From the NCBI GenBank assembly GCA_963674945.2, contig CAXXWQ010000003.1, positions 1,472,001 through 1,536,000 of the forward strand: DNA of 64,000 bases, in the 5' to 3' direction. Positions 18,650 to 28,107 of the stretch are shown here, in pieces. Both the position numbers and the translations under genes were made by a program. Within the stretch, counting starts at the first letter, position 1. The number at the start of each line of letters is the position of its first letter. This stretch comes from an uncultured Desulfosarcina sp. (GTDB lineage Bacteria > Desulfobacterota > Desulfobacteria > Desulfobacterales > Desulfosarcinaceae). The notes beneath the pieces were generated by a model. The model worked only from the letters and a program-made list of their open reading frames with translations, was not told the origin of the DNA and searched no databases.

Positions 18650-20047
18650 ATGATCGGAAACATATCCAAAACGATGTTGTTCATCATATTGGCAGCTTTA
18701 CTAGTATGTGTTGCAGTCCCGGTTCAGGCGAAAGTGCCGGCCGAAGAGGCAGCCAGGCTGAATAAGGATTTAACCCCGGTCGGGGCCGAGCGGGCGGGAA
18801 ACAAAGAAGGCACCATACCCGCCTGGACCGGTGGACTTTCAAAAATTCCCGATAACGTGAAATATGATAGTTCATCGATGGGACAATGTTACCCGGATCC
18901 CTATGCCGATGACAAGATCCTCTTTACCATTACGGCGAAAAATGTAGATCAATACAAAGATAAATTATCAGAAGGCATGTTGAAAATGTTCGAACTGTAC
19001 CCGGATACCTGGAAAATGCATGTCTACCCCACCAGAAGATCCGCCGCATATTCCGAAGAAATTTATAAAGGTAGCTATGACAATGCCCTGACGGCTGAGA
19101 TTGTCGCTCCCGACGGCAGCGCTACCAATTTCTACAGAGGATTTTTGTTTCCAATTGCAAAAAACGGCCTTGAGGCCATGCAAAATTGGCAGAACAAGCC
19201 AATGGGGTATGCATTCTTACAACAAATTACCGACGAGCATGGAGGCGCGGTAGTTCAGCCGGACGGCAGTTTGCAAATACAAGGTAACGTTAAATCAATA
19301 TATTATATGGCTTATGCAGTACCCAGAGAACAATTTGATCCACAAGATTTTATCATCGGTACTTTTAATGAGATGACATCGCCACCCGGCCGAAAAGGCG
19401 AATTAAATTTAAGGATGCAACGCGGAGACTATCGAAAGGCAGACCCCGGCGGCTGGAAGTACAATCCGGGGCAGCGCCGGGTTCGCCGGTCGCCCAATGT
19501 ATATTACGATGCGACCGACCCCTCCGTCGCCGGTATTATCGTCGTGGACGACGCGGAGGTGTATACCAGCCCGCTCGACCGGTTTGATTGGAAATTGAAC
19601 GGGAAAAAAGAGCTTTTCGTACCGTATAACACTTACAAGTTAGACTTGGCGGATTCCGAGATTCCGGTTTTGACACCCCTTCATCCAAACCCGGAATATA
19701 TCCGATGGGAGCTTCACCGGGTGCATGAAACCGTCGCTACGATTCGGGAAGGCTATCGGCATTGTTACGGCAAAAGAATTTTTTATCAGGATGAAGACTC
19801 ATGGTTGATTTTACTTAAGGACCAGTACGATACGCGAGGAGAGCTGTGGCGAATGACATTTGTATGTACAAAACAATGGTACGACATTCCCGTGTACCGT
19901 TATGCCGGTTACTTTAATTTCGATTTCCAGCTGGATCGCTATATGGCAGGTGGCCTCATCAACAAGAAAACTCCGCACGAAGGTCATGAAGAGATGCCGC
20001 TATCCTTTTGGACAGTTGAAAATTTGCGAAAAATGGGCTTGCGGTAA
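18650..20047 (+). CDS. DUF1329 family periplasmic LolA-like protein (cassette 1)
   Basis: LTPVGAERAGN.EGTIPAWTGG, YNPGQRRVRRSP, DRFDWKL.GKKE, RWELHRV, DEDSW. Confidence 0.9.
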   Translation: MIGNISKTMLFIILAALLVCVAVPVQAKVPAEEAARLNKDLTPVGAERAGNKEGTIPAWTGGLSKIPDNVKYDSSSMGQCYPDPYADDKILFTITAKNVDQYKDKLSEGMLKMFELYPDTWKMHVYPTRRSAAYSEEIYKGSYDNALTAEIVAPDGSATNFYRGFLFPIAKNGLEAMQNWQNKPMGYAFLQQITDEHGGAVVQPDGSLQIQGNVKSIYYMAYAVPREQFDPQDFIIGTFNEMTSPPGRKGELNLRMQRGDYRKADPGGWKYNPGQRRVRRSPNVYYDATDPSVAGIIVVDDAEVYTSPLDRFDWKLNGKKELFVPYNTYKLDLADSEIPVLTPLHPNPEYIRWELHRVHETVATIREGYRHCYGKRIFYQDEDSWLILLKDQYDTRGELWRMTFVCTKQWYDIPVYRYAGYFNFDFQLDRYMAGGLINKKTPHEGHEEMPLSFWTVENLRKMGLR

Positions 20048-20240
20048 ACCAATAGACGAAAGCATGTGAGGATCCAAAAAAATGAGAAGGTCGGGCTACC
20101 ATTGATCTTCTCATTATTATGAAGACGCTTGTACCTGCCATGGACGATTCGGAACACGAATTTGCATAATAGGAGAGTCGTAAAAACTAAATAAGAGTTT
20201 GAAACCACTTCAAACGAAAACATAAAGGTGAAATGTAAAT

Positions 20241-21416
20241 ATGGATAATCGATACGGTGAGCATAAAAAAGGCAAAAGAAAATACCTGTTTGGAGTAGGA
20301 TGCGTTTTGCTTGTCCTATGCTCAGCAATACCAACATTTGGGGGGGCCATTGACCTGTTGGTGATGCCGTCGGAAAAAGTTGAATGGGCGCCGTATTCCA
20401 TCCTCATGGATGTTGAAAGGGTCGATACCCGCTTAGTGATGGTGGGTGAGAGGGGGCGCATTGTATTTGCAGATGGCGAATGCACCGACTGGACCCAGGG
20501 AGAAGTGCCGGTAAGCGTTACCCTGACAGCAGTCTATTTTCCAACCCCTGATCAAGGATGGGCCGTCGGACATGATGGTGTGGTGCTTCATACCGAAGAC
20601 GGCGGATCCACCTGGGAAAAGCAGCTGGACGGCACACAGATCAATGAGATGGTCCTTGCCCAGATCAAACAGTTAATCGCCCAAAACAATTCTTTTGCGG
20701 AAAATGAAGCCGGACTGACCGAAGAAAAACAAAAGGATATGGAAGCAGAAGCGGAAAGACTACGCTATTTTCAATACGATGCGGAGTTTAGCTTGCAAGA
20801 AGGAGCAAGTCGGCCGTTGCTGGATGTTTGGTTTAAAAATGACAGAGAAGGGATTGTTGTGGGTTCCTACGGCCTCATTCTTTCGACAACAGACGGCGGA
20901 AAGACCTGGCAGCCGATTCTGGACAGGGTCGAAAAGCCGGAGGCACGTCATTTCTACGGCATAATCCGCTGCGGAGACGATCTCTTCATCGCAGGGGAGT
21001 CGGGCACTTTGTTACGGTCGGCGGATTTCGGCAAAAGCTGGCAGCGCCTGAAGTCTCCATACGATGGGACCTTTTTCAGCATTATCGGTGATCCGTCCGG
21101 CGGTTTTGTAGCGGCCTTCGGGCTGAAGGGTACCTTCTTTTACTCCCTGGACCGCGGAGAAACCTGGCTCCCTTCAAAAACCGGCCTTGCGGCAGCGATT
21201 TCCTGCGGCGCCTTTCTATCGGATGGATCTTTTGTTATTGTGAGCGTTGACGGTGTCATTTTAAGAAGCAAAGACCGGGGAAAAACCTTTACAGCGCTTC
21301 CTGCAAAAGCGCCCGGGAGTGTTGCCATTACTGATGTGAGAAGAGACGTACTGATGGCGGTAGGAATCATGGGGTTTTCCCGAATAGAAATCAACAACCA
21401 AAGCAGTGAGAAATAA
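20241..21416 (+). CDS. YCF48/BNR-repeat (WD40-like) protein (cassette 1)
   Basis: VGERG, VPVSVTLTAV, GWAVGHDG, repeated TxDGGxTW Asp-boxes, SPYDGTFF. Confidence 0.88.
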   Translation: MDNRYGEHKKGKRKYLFGVGCVLLVLCSAIPTFGGAIDLLVMPSEKVEWAPYSILMDVERVDTRLVMVGERGRIVFADGECTDWTQGEVPVSVTLTAVYFPTPDQGWAVGHDGVVLHTEDGGSTWEKQLDGTQINEMVLAQIKQLIAQNNSFAENEAGLTEEKQKDMEAEAERLRYFQYDAEFSLQEGASRPLLDVWFKNDREGIVVGSYGLILSTTDGGKTWQPILDRVEKPEARHFYGIIRCGDDLFIAGESGTLLRSADFGKSWQRLKSPYDGTFFSIIGDPSGGFVAAFGLKGTFFYSLDRGETWLPSKTGLAAAISCGAFLSDGSFVIVSVDGVILRSKDRGKTFTALPAKAPGSVAITDVRRDVLMAVGIMGFSRIEINNQSSEK

Positions 21417-21428
21417 AGGAAAATATAT

Positions 21429-23780
21429 ATGATGCCGAAGAACGTATCAACTGAAGTTGGTGGCTCCTATTTAGACGGTGCGCCCTTTATGGAAAGGCTG
21501 CTCTTTGCCAAACGTCCGCTCGTTATAGCGATATTTATACTCCTGACTATCTTTTTCGGCTATCATATGCTTCAGATGAAACCTGAGGCCAGCTTTTTGG
21601 AAATGATCCCCACCTATCATCCATTCATTAAAAATTATATTGAGCACAAGGATGATCTCAAGGAAATGGGCAACATTGTCCGTATCTGCGTCGAAACGAC
21701 CAAGGGGAGTATTTTAAGTAAAGAATACCTGGACGTACTAAAAAAAGCAAGCGACGATGTGTTTTTTATTTCCGGTGTAAACCGGGCGGGACTGAAGTCG
21801 CTGTGGACATCGAATTGCAGATGGTTAGAGGTAACCGAAGAGGGTTTTGAAGGGGGGGAAGTCATCCCAATGGGCTACTCCGGCACCCAGAAAGACCTGG
21901 AACAGGTCCGGGCGAATATTATGAAGGCCAGTGTGATTGGCACTCTGGTGGCAAACGATTTCAAGTCCACCATCATCCTGGCGCCCCTTCATGATATTGA
22001 TCCGGAAACGAGAAAACCACTTGACTATCATCAATTTGCGAAAAAGATAGAGGCGGTTCGAAGCCAGTTCCAGAATGACGATATCAAGATCCACATCACC
22101 GGATTTGCCAAAATCGTTGGGGACCTCATCGAAGGTTCCACCCGGGTTCTGCTGTTTTTTTTCATCGCCTTCGTGATTCTGCTGCTGATCCTGTGGCACA
22201 ATTCACGGTGCCCGAAAAGCACGGCCATGCGGGCGATCTCCTCCTTGACGGCGGTGGTCTGGCAGTTGGGGATCATGAGACTCTTCGGGTTGGGGTTAAA
22301 TCCCTATTCCATGCTGGTACCGTTTCTCATGTTTGCCCTGGGTGTCAGCCACGGCATCCAGATGTTCAACGCCATGGCCCTGGAGATGATGAACGGGGCG
22401 GATAAATTGAAAGCGGCCCGCCTGGCCTATCGCTCTGTCTACATACCGGGATTGGCCGCGCTGTTCACCGACATGATCGGGTTTGCCACCTTGATGGTGA
22501 TCCAAATCGGCGTGATCCAGGACATCGCCGTTGGGGCCAGCATCGGTGTGGCCGTGGTGGCCTTTACCGACCTGATGTTTTTGCCCTTGTTGATGTCCTA
22601 TTCGGGAATCAGTAACAAAACCATAGAATTGTTGAAAGGGCGTTCAGCGGGGACGAAACATCCGGTATGGTCCTTATTGACCCGATTTACAGAGCCGAAG
22701 TGGGCATACGGTGTGGTCTTGGTTGCCTGTATCGGTCTTGCGGCCGGCATTACCATGCGCCAGGATTTGAAAACCGGTGATCTGGACCCCGGCGCCCCTG
22801 AACTGCGGCAGGATTCCCGCTACAACATGGACAACGCTCATATGAACGCCCACTATTCGGCCAGCAGTGATATATTCGTTGTGATGCTCAAAACACCGAA
22901 GAACGGCCTCAGCGCTTATCGGACGGTGGTGCTCACCGATATGCTGGACGAGAAGCTGACCCACGAAGTTGAAGGCGTACAGAACGTCGTATCTCATACG
23001 GACTGGATAAAGTACATCGGTCTGGGCAATATGGAAGGCCACCTGAAATGGTTGGCCCTCCCCCGGAGCCCAAAACTCCTTGATAATTTGGTCAATTATA
23101 TTCCACAGAACTTTCAGAAGCGGGAGTTAAGTTTTACGCCCATGCTGGTCTATCTGGATGACCACCGGGCGGAAACCCTGGAGCGGGTGGTGGCGACCGT
23201 CGATGAATTTGCCAAGAAGTACAATACGGACACCGTTCAGTTTGTGATGGGCGCGGGCAACGCCGGTATCGAGGCGGCCACCAATGTGGAGGTGGAAAGG
23301 GCGCTGATAAAATTGACCGTTCTGATATATGGGGTTGTATTTTTGGTGTGTCTGGTTACCTACCGAAATTTCAAGGGAGCCGTATGCGTTGTTGCTCCCC
23401 TGGTACTCACCTCCGTGCTGTGCGAGTCCCTGATGGCAAAAATGGGCATCGGTATCAAGGTGGCAACATTGCCCGTCATTGCCGTGGGGGTCGGTATCGG
23501 GGTGGACTATGGCATCTATATTTATAACAAGCTGGTTTACTACAGGGATGAGCTGGGGCACAAGCTGACGCCGGCCTACTACCGGACCCTGAACACAACA
23601 GGGAGAGCTGTCTCTTTCACCGGTATTACCCTGTCCATCGGCGTCGCCACATGGGCCTTTTCACCCATCAAATTCCAGGCGGATATGGGATTTCTATTAA
23701 CCTTCATGTTCCTGTGGAACATGGTTGGCGCCATGGTGCTTTTGCCTGCCCTTGCACGAATTCTATGGAAGAAAAGGTAG
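21429..23780 (+). CDS. RND/MMPL family inner-membrane transporter (cassette 1)
   Basis: Two TM bundles; GFAKIVGDLI, PFLMFALGVSHGIQ, GAPELRQDSRYN, GVGIGVDYGIY, FQADMG. Confidence 0.9.
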   Translation: MMPKNVSTEVGGSYLDGAPFMERLLFAKRPLVIAIFILLTIFFGYHMLQMKPEASFLEMIPTYHPFIKNYIEHKDDLKEMGNIVRICVETTKGSILSKEYLDVLKKASDDVFFISGVNRAGLKSLWTSNCRWLEVTEEGFEGGEVIPMGYSGTQKDLEQVRANIMKASVIGTLVANDFKSTIILAPLHDIDPETRKPLDYHQFAKKIEAVRSQFQNDDIKIHITGFAKIVGDLIEGSTRVLLFFFIAFVILLLILWHNSRCPKSTAMRAISSLTAVVWQLGIMRLFGLGLNPYSMLVPFLMFALGVSHGIQMFNAMALEMMNGADKLKAARLAYRSVYIPGLAALFTDMIGFATLMVIQIGVIQDIAVGASIGVAVVAFTDLMFLPLLMSYSGISNKTIELLKGRSAGTKHPVWSLLTRFTEPKWAYGVVLVACIGLAAGITMRQDLKTGDLDPGAPELRQDSRYNMDNAHMNAHYSASSDIFVVMLKTPKNGLSAYRTVVLTDMLDEKLTHEVEGVQNVVSHTDWIKYIGLGNMEGHLKWLALPRSPKLLDNLVNYIPQNFQKRELSFTPMLVYLDDHRAETLERVVATVDEFAKKYNTDTVQFVMGAGNAGIEAATNVEVERALIKLTVLIYGVVFLVCLVTYRNFKGAVCVVAPLVLTSVLCESLMAKMGIGIKVATLPVIAVGVGIGVDYGIYIYNKLVYYRDELGHKLTPAYYRTLNTTGRAVSFTGITLSIGVATWAFSPIKFQADMGFLLTFMFLWNMVGAMVLLPALARILWKKR

Positions 23781-23839
23781 TTTATTAAAGCATGCATGTA
23801 AACATTGACTCCGAGAAATAATGAACCAGAGGATGAGAA

Positions 23840-25099
23840 ATGAGCAACCAGATTGGAAAGATCAGTGTTTTGGCCATGGTAGTAATTTTTTTAGCCGTCT
23901 GTAACTGTTATGCAGGAGCGGGCGCCAGAAATATTACATTGCCGAGCGCACAAGCATTGCTTAGCGGCCAGGGGCGATATGCGGAAACAGAAGACGCGGA
24001 CACTGTTCTTAACAATCCGGCGGGCGCGGCTTACATGGATGACGGCTTGCATTTTCACTTTTCGGCGAATATCGCAAATAATCAATGGAATATCAAAAAT
24101 GTGGAAACCGGTGTGGAATATGAGACCGAAACCCTCGGAATGATTCCCGCCTTTGCGTTCACTTATAAGAAAAACAACTGGGCCGTTTTTCAAACCTTTT
24201 CCTTTCCCGGCGGCAATGGATCGGGAGATTATGACAGATATCCCATGTTTGATATTGCAGCGGATATGGCGTCCGTTATGCTCGGCCAAACCGTTACGGC
24301 CGAAAATCAGAAATTTGAGTTTTCCGGCGGTAAAGGCGCCCTGTCGATTGGAGGTTCCTGGGCGATAAATGATATGTTTTCGGCAGGCTATGCCGTACGA
24401 ATAGTTCATGCATCGAGTTTTATCGATGCCGAAGCGACATTGATGAACCAGGATACAGGCCAAGAACTTCGCCGTATCAGATTGGATCAGGAGAGCGAGG
24501 GGTGGGGCCTCGGGCACTCGCTTTGTATGCTTCTCAGACATGACAAGTTCAAACTCGGCCTGCGATTCGATCCCGAGGTAAAAATCCAAAAAAAAGCAGA
24601 CGTAAAACCAGGCGACAATTCCGGAACCGTCAATGGGTCCAAGACACACGACGACCTGCCGGCCGCCCTGTTATCGGGTGCAAGCTATCAACTTACGCCC
24701 AAATTCAAATTCGGCGGTGGATTTGGCTATTATTTTCAAAAAGGTGTGAATGGAGACGAAGAACCGATTACGGACCATTGGAATAACGCCTGGGAAGTAC
24801 AAGGATTCGTTGAATACGCGCTTACACCTGAATGGGAAATTCTCGCCGGTGTGAATTACAATGCGCCCGGTATCCCAGACGAGGCCTATACGCTGCAAAA
24901 TACGTCCTACGCCAATGCGCTGCAATTCGAATTGGGTACGCAGTGGCGTCCCAATCCGCACTGGAGCTATATCGCAGGCGTCGGATATACGCATTACCCG
25001 AACAATCCAAGGACTTTGGGTGACGAAAACGGAATTTACGAAAGAAGAGTCGGCAGACCCGTAATAAATTATATCGTGGGTATCGAGTACACGAGGTAA
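23840..25099 (+). CDS. FadL/OmpP1-like outer membrane channel for hydrophobic solutes
   Basis: Signal peptide, DADTVLNNPAGAA hatch motif, PGGNG, DLPA, alternating beta strands. Confidence 0.75.
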   Translation: MSNQIGKISVLAMVVIFLAVCNCYAGAGARNITLPSAQALLSGQGRYAETEDADTVLNNPAGAAYMDDGLHFHFSANIANNQWNIKNVETGVEYETETLGMIPAFAFTYKKNNWAVFQTFSFPGGNGSGDYDRYPMFDIAADMASVMLGQTVTAENQKFEFSGGKGALSIGGSWAINDMFSAGYAVRIVHASSFIDAEATLMNQDTGQELRRIRLDQESEGWGLGHSLCMLLRHDKFKLGLRFDPEVKIQKKADVKPGDNSGTVNGSKTHDDLPAALLSGASYQLTPKFKFGGGFGYYFQKGVNGDEEPITDHWNNAWEVQGFVEYALTPEWEILAGVNYNAPGIPDEAYTLQNTSYANALQFELGTQWRPNPHWSYIAGVGYTHYPNNPRTLGDENGIYERRVGRPVINYIVGIEYTR

Positions 25100-25260
25100 T
25101 GAATTATAATACTTTCGTAAACTAAAGAAAGCATCGGCAAGCGCGTACTTTCATCAACGGCAACGATTTGACTCTGTAATCGGTTTGTACGATGTTCGCG
25201 TAACGGCGAAGCATCCGATAGAAATGAGAACGGAGCCTGTGAAAGTTTAAAGACAGTGGA

Positions 25261-25300
25261 GAAAAAGGACGGAGCCTCCGATGGCTCCTTCGGAGGCTTT
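25261..25300. terminator. Probable bidirectional intrinsic terminator
   Basis: AGCCTCCGA-N8-TCGGAGGCT stem with T-rich tails on both strands. Confidence 0.55.
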
Positions 25301-25412
25301 GAGAAGTGATTCGTAGCATTTTTTAACGCTTAGCTCGCTTCCGGTACGGAGATTGACGAACATCTATGTCCGCATTCCTGATGATGTTCATCTCCGGGGC
25401 CCAAAGAGGAGA

Positions 25413-25721
25413 AACAGCAGGTCGTGTGGCGCGATCATTTCAGATTGTGATAGCAAATAATTCAATTATCTGTTTATATTATAGAAATCATTATTTCTAT
25501 AACCTGCCTTAGGCATGTGTTTGCCTGCTGTCGTCGCTGAAAATAACCATCCCAATTGGAATCGTAAAAACACCACGGCCCACTTAGATGATTTATGTTG
25601 CTGCAAAACTCTTATGTCAATATAACCAATGTTATTTTTAATTTTTTTGTTGTTTATACAGCCATATTTTAGCACATATATTGTATTTTTTTATTTTTTT
25701 ATATTTTTTGTTACGGACGAA
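25413..25721 (-). repeat. Copy B of the inverted duplicated promoter/leader element
   Basis: Reverse complement aligns with 15975-16285; TTGACA(25620)-N17-CATAAA. Confidence 0.85.
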
Positions 25722-25992
25722 TTAGCCCGTATCCATTTGAAAAAACCCAAGTTCGACGCGAATCATTTCGCTTGAAAAGTATCATTGCAGACAGCTTCTC
25801 CAGGCAGCTTGCGTGTAAAGAAATGTAAAACACAGATTGATTGAAACAATGAGAATCTGGTACAAGATTTTGAAAATCGCATAAGACAGGCGGCGTTATT
25901 CAAGCAATAATACAATGATGCCTATTAAGGATAAAATAGTCTTCGAATTTTGTGATATCTTATAATCGTTCAAATTATAGACCGGTGCTAAA

Positions 25993-26943
25993 ATGGGCAA
26001 GGTTAGAGGAAGTGACCGTTTTACATTAGATGAACTGGACCTCATGTTGGCCAAGGAATTGGAACAGGATGCAAGGCAGAGCAATCGCTTTCTGTCCAAA
26101 AAGATTGGAATCAATGAAGCCACTTTGAAAAGGAGAGTAAAGAGACTCCAAGATAAAAAAGCCATCAATTATATTACGAAAACTGATCGCCACCTGCTCG
26201 GGCTGCATAATTCTGTGATCCTGGGACTAAGTGTGAGACGAGGAATGGTAGACAAGGTGGTTGAACGTCTGCGATCCAGGAAGAGAATAAGGAGTATTCT
26301 TCTGACGACGGGGCGCTATGACATTGTGATAGATGCAATGCTGCATGACAATCGAGAATTGGTCGATTTCTTCGATGAAGAATTGGGTAAGATTCCATAT
26401 CTTACAAATGTTGACAAGATAATTTTTCTCGAAACCATGAAATCGTCCTTAAGACATTTGAATGCTGACACCAATCGGTATGTAAAGCCTGCGCCCGCAA
26501 ATCTTGATAGCCTGGATCTTGATATAGTCAGAGAGCTGGAGCTAAACCCAAGGGAAAGTGTTATGAATTTGGCAAAAAAACTGGGCGTGAACCGATGGTT
26601 GATAGGCAACAGGTTGAAAGCTCTTCTTGCCAATCGAGTCATACAAGTATTCGGATTATTAAGCCCTTCATATCTCGGTCTCAAAGTGAGAGTTTTTATA
26701 TTTGTGAACGTCCAACCTGGAAAGGTCAGATCTGTGGCAGAAAACCTCATTATTGAAAAGAGAGTCCAACAAATCCACATAATAACAGGATCGTTTGACC
26801 TGTTTTTAGTTGCAATTTTCCCTGATATGGAAGAATTATCCGATTTCCTCAAGAATCATTTGGGTAGTTACTCCGGTGTGGTCTCGCATGAGACGATGAT
26901 ACAGGTTTCATGTGCAAAGCATTCTCTTTCACTGTTGACCTGA
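25993..26943 (+). CDS. Tandem (double) Lrp/AsnC family regulator
   Basis: Two LDxLDLxIxxEL HTH units, each followed by an effector domain (TTGRYDI / ITGSFDL). Confidence 0.88.
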   Translation: MGKVRGSDRFTLDELDLMLAKELEQDARQSNRFLSKKIGINEATLKRRVKRLQDKKAINYITKTDRHLLGLHNSVILGLSVRRGMVDKVVERLRSRKRIRSILLTTGRYDIVIDAMLHDNRELVDFFDEELGKIPYLTNVDKIIFLETMKSSLRHLNADTNRYVKPAPANLDSLDLDIVRELELNPRESVMNLAKKLGVNRWLIGNRLKALLANRVIQVFGLLSPSYLGLKVRVFIFVNVQPGKVRSVAENLIIEKRVQQIHIITGSFDLFLVAIFPDMEELSDFLKNHLGSYSGVVSHETMIQVSCAKHSLSLLT

Positions 26944-27031
26944 GCAAACGCTGCATCTTCAAAGCCACCTGTGCTGATACCACCCATTTACATCCACCCA
27001 AAAAGGACGTGCAGCGATCAGGGAATAAAAT

Positions 27032-27142
27032 TGACCGATTCGTAAAAAGCTTTTCCCATTTTACGCCAACGGTAAAATAATGGGAAAATGCGTTTCTTTC
27101 GTAATACGGTTCGGTTACCTTTGGTCTGGAAAAGCTTTTTAC
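27032..27142. repeat. MITE/REP-like palindromic element, probably also a terminator between convergent genes
   Basis: Perfect 15-bp IR GTAAAAAGCTTTTCC (27042-27056 / 27128-27142); overlaps the etfA stop; homolog at 32132-32245. Confidence 0.7.
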
Positions 27143-28107
27143 AGCTCTTCGATGGCCTCGGTCAGCTCGGGCAGGAAATCGAGGATGTCGGCTTCGATGC
27201 CCACGTCGGCCACCTGGAAAATGGGTGCCTTGACGTTCTTGTTGATGGCCACGATAAAGGGCGCTCCCTTGATGCCCCCCATGTGCTGAAAACTGCCCGA
27301 GATGCCGCAGGCAAGGTACACCTTGGGCTTGACCGTCTGGCCCGATGTTCCCACTTGGCGGGATTTCTCCAGCCACTTGGCATCCACGATGGGGCGGGAG
27401 CAGGAGACCACGGCCCCCATGGCGTCGGCCAGTTCCTGGGCGATCTCGATGTTCTCCTCGTCTTCGATACCCCGGCCGATGGAGACCAGGACGTCCGATT
27501 TGGTGATGTCCACGTCGCCCACCTCGGCTTCCACGATCTCAAGGAAGGTGCGGTTTACGGTAAGATCGCCGGCATCGCCGCTTTTGTCCTCCACCGTGCC
27601 TCCGGCAGCCTTGCTTTCATCCGCGGCAAAGGCGCCGGGGCGGATGTTCACCACCACACCCTTGGCCATATTCACGTTCACGTGGGTGCTCACCATGCCC
27701 GAATACTCCTGGCGGATCACCTTCAGGTTGTCGCCGTCCGTCCCCTCGATGTCCACGACGTCGGACACGAAGGCCGAATCCAGCTTGATGGAAAGGCCGG
27801 GGCCAAGGTCCATGCCGAAGGTGTCGTGGGGAATCAGCACGATGGCACCTTTCGGCAATCCGTTTACCAGCAGTTTTCGGACCACCTCGGCGTTGGGATA
27901 GGCCAGGAGGTCATTGTCGAATTTGAAGACCTTGGGATAGGTTGCGGCGACCGCATCGGCCACCTTGTCCAGGTCCGCGCCCGCACCGGTCACGATGGCG
28001 GTGACGGATGCATCGGCATCGATCTTCCCGGCAGCGGTGATCAGTTCCAGGGCCGCGTCGTCGGCCACACCATTTTTGTGGGGGATGTATGCAAAAATAT
28101 CAGCCAT
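27139..28107 (-). CDS. etfA: Electron transfer flavoprotein alpha subunit
   Basis: VSIGRG, SRPIVD, QVGTSGQTVKPKVYLACGISGSFQHMGG, AINK..APIF. Confidence 0.95.
   Translation of the reverse strand: MADIFAYIPHKNGVADDAALELITAAGKIDADASVTAIVTGAGADLDKVADAVAATYPKVFKFDNDLLAYPNAEVVRKLLVNGLPKGAIVLIPHDTFGMDLGPGLSIKLDSAFVSDVVDIEGTDGDNLKVIRQEYSGMVSTHVNVNMAKGVVVNIRPGAFAADESKAAGGTVEDKSGDAGDLTVNRTFLEIVEAEVGDVDITKSDVLVSIGRGIEDEENIEIAQELADAMGAVVSCSRPIVDAKWLEKSRQVGTSGQTVKPKVYLACGISGSFQHMGGIKGAPFIVAINKNVKAPIFQVADVGIEADILDFLPELTEAIEEL

Noticed and set aside
15975..25721. Composite transposon interpretation of the inverted repeats
   Set aside because: The repeats look like promoters with fading outer homology; no intact transposase, sharp ends or target duplication seen.
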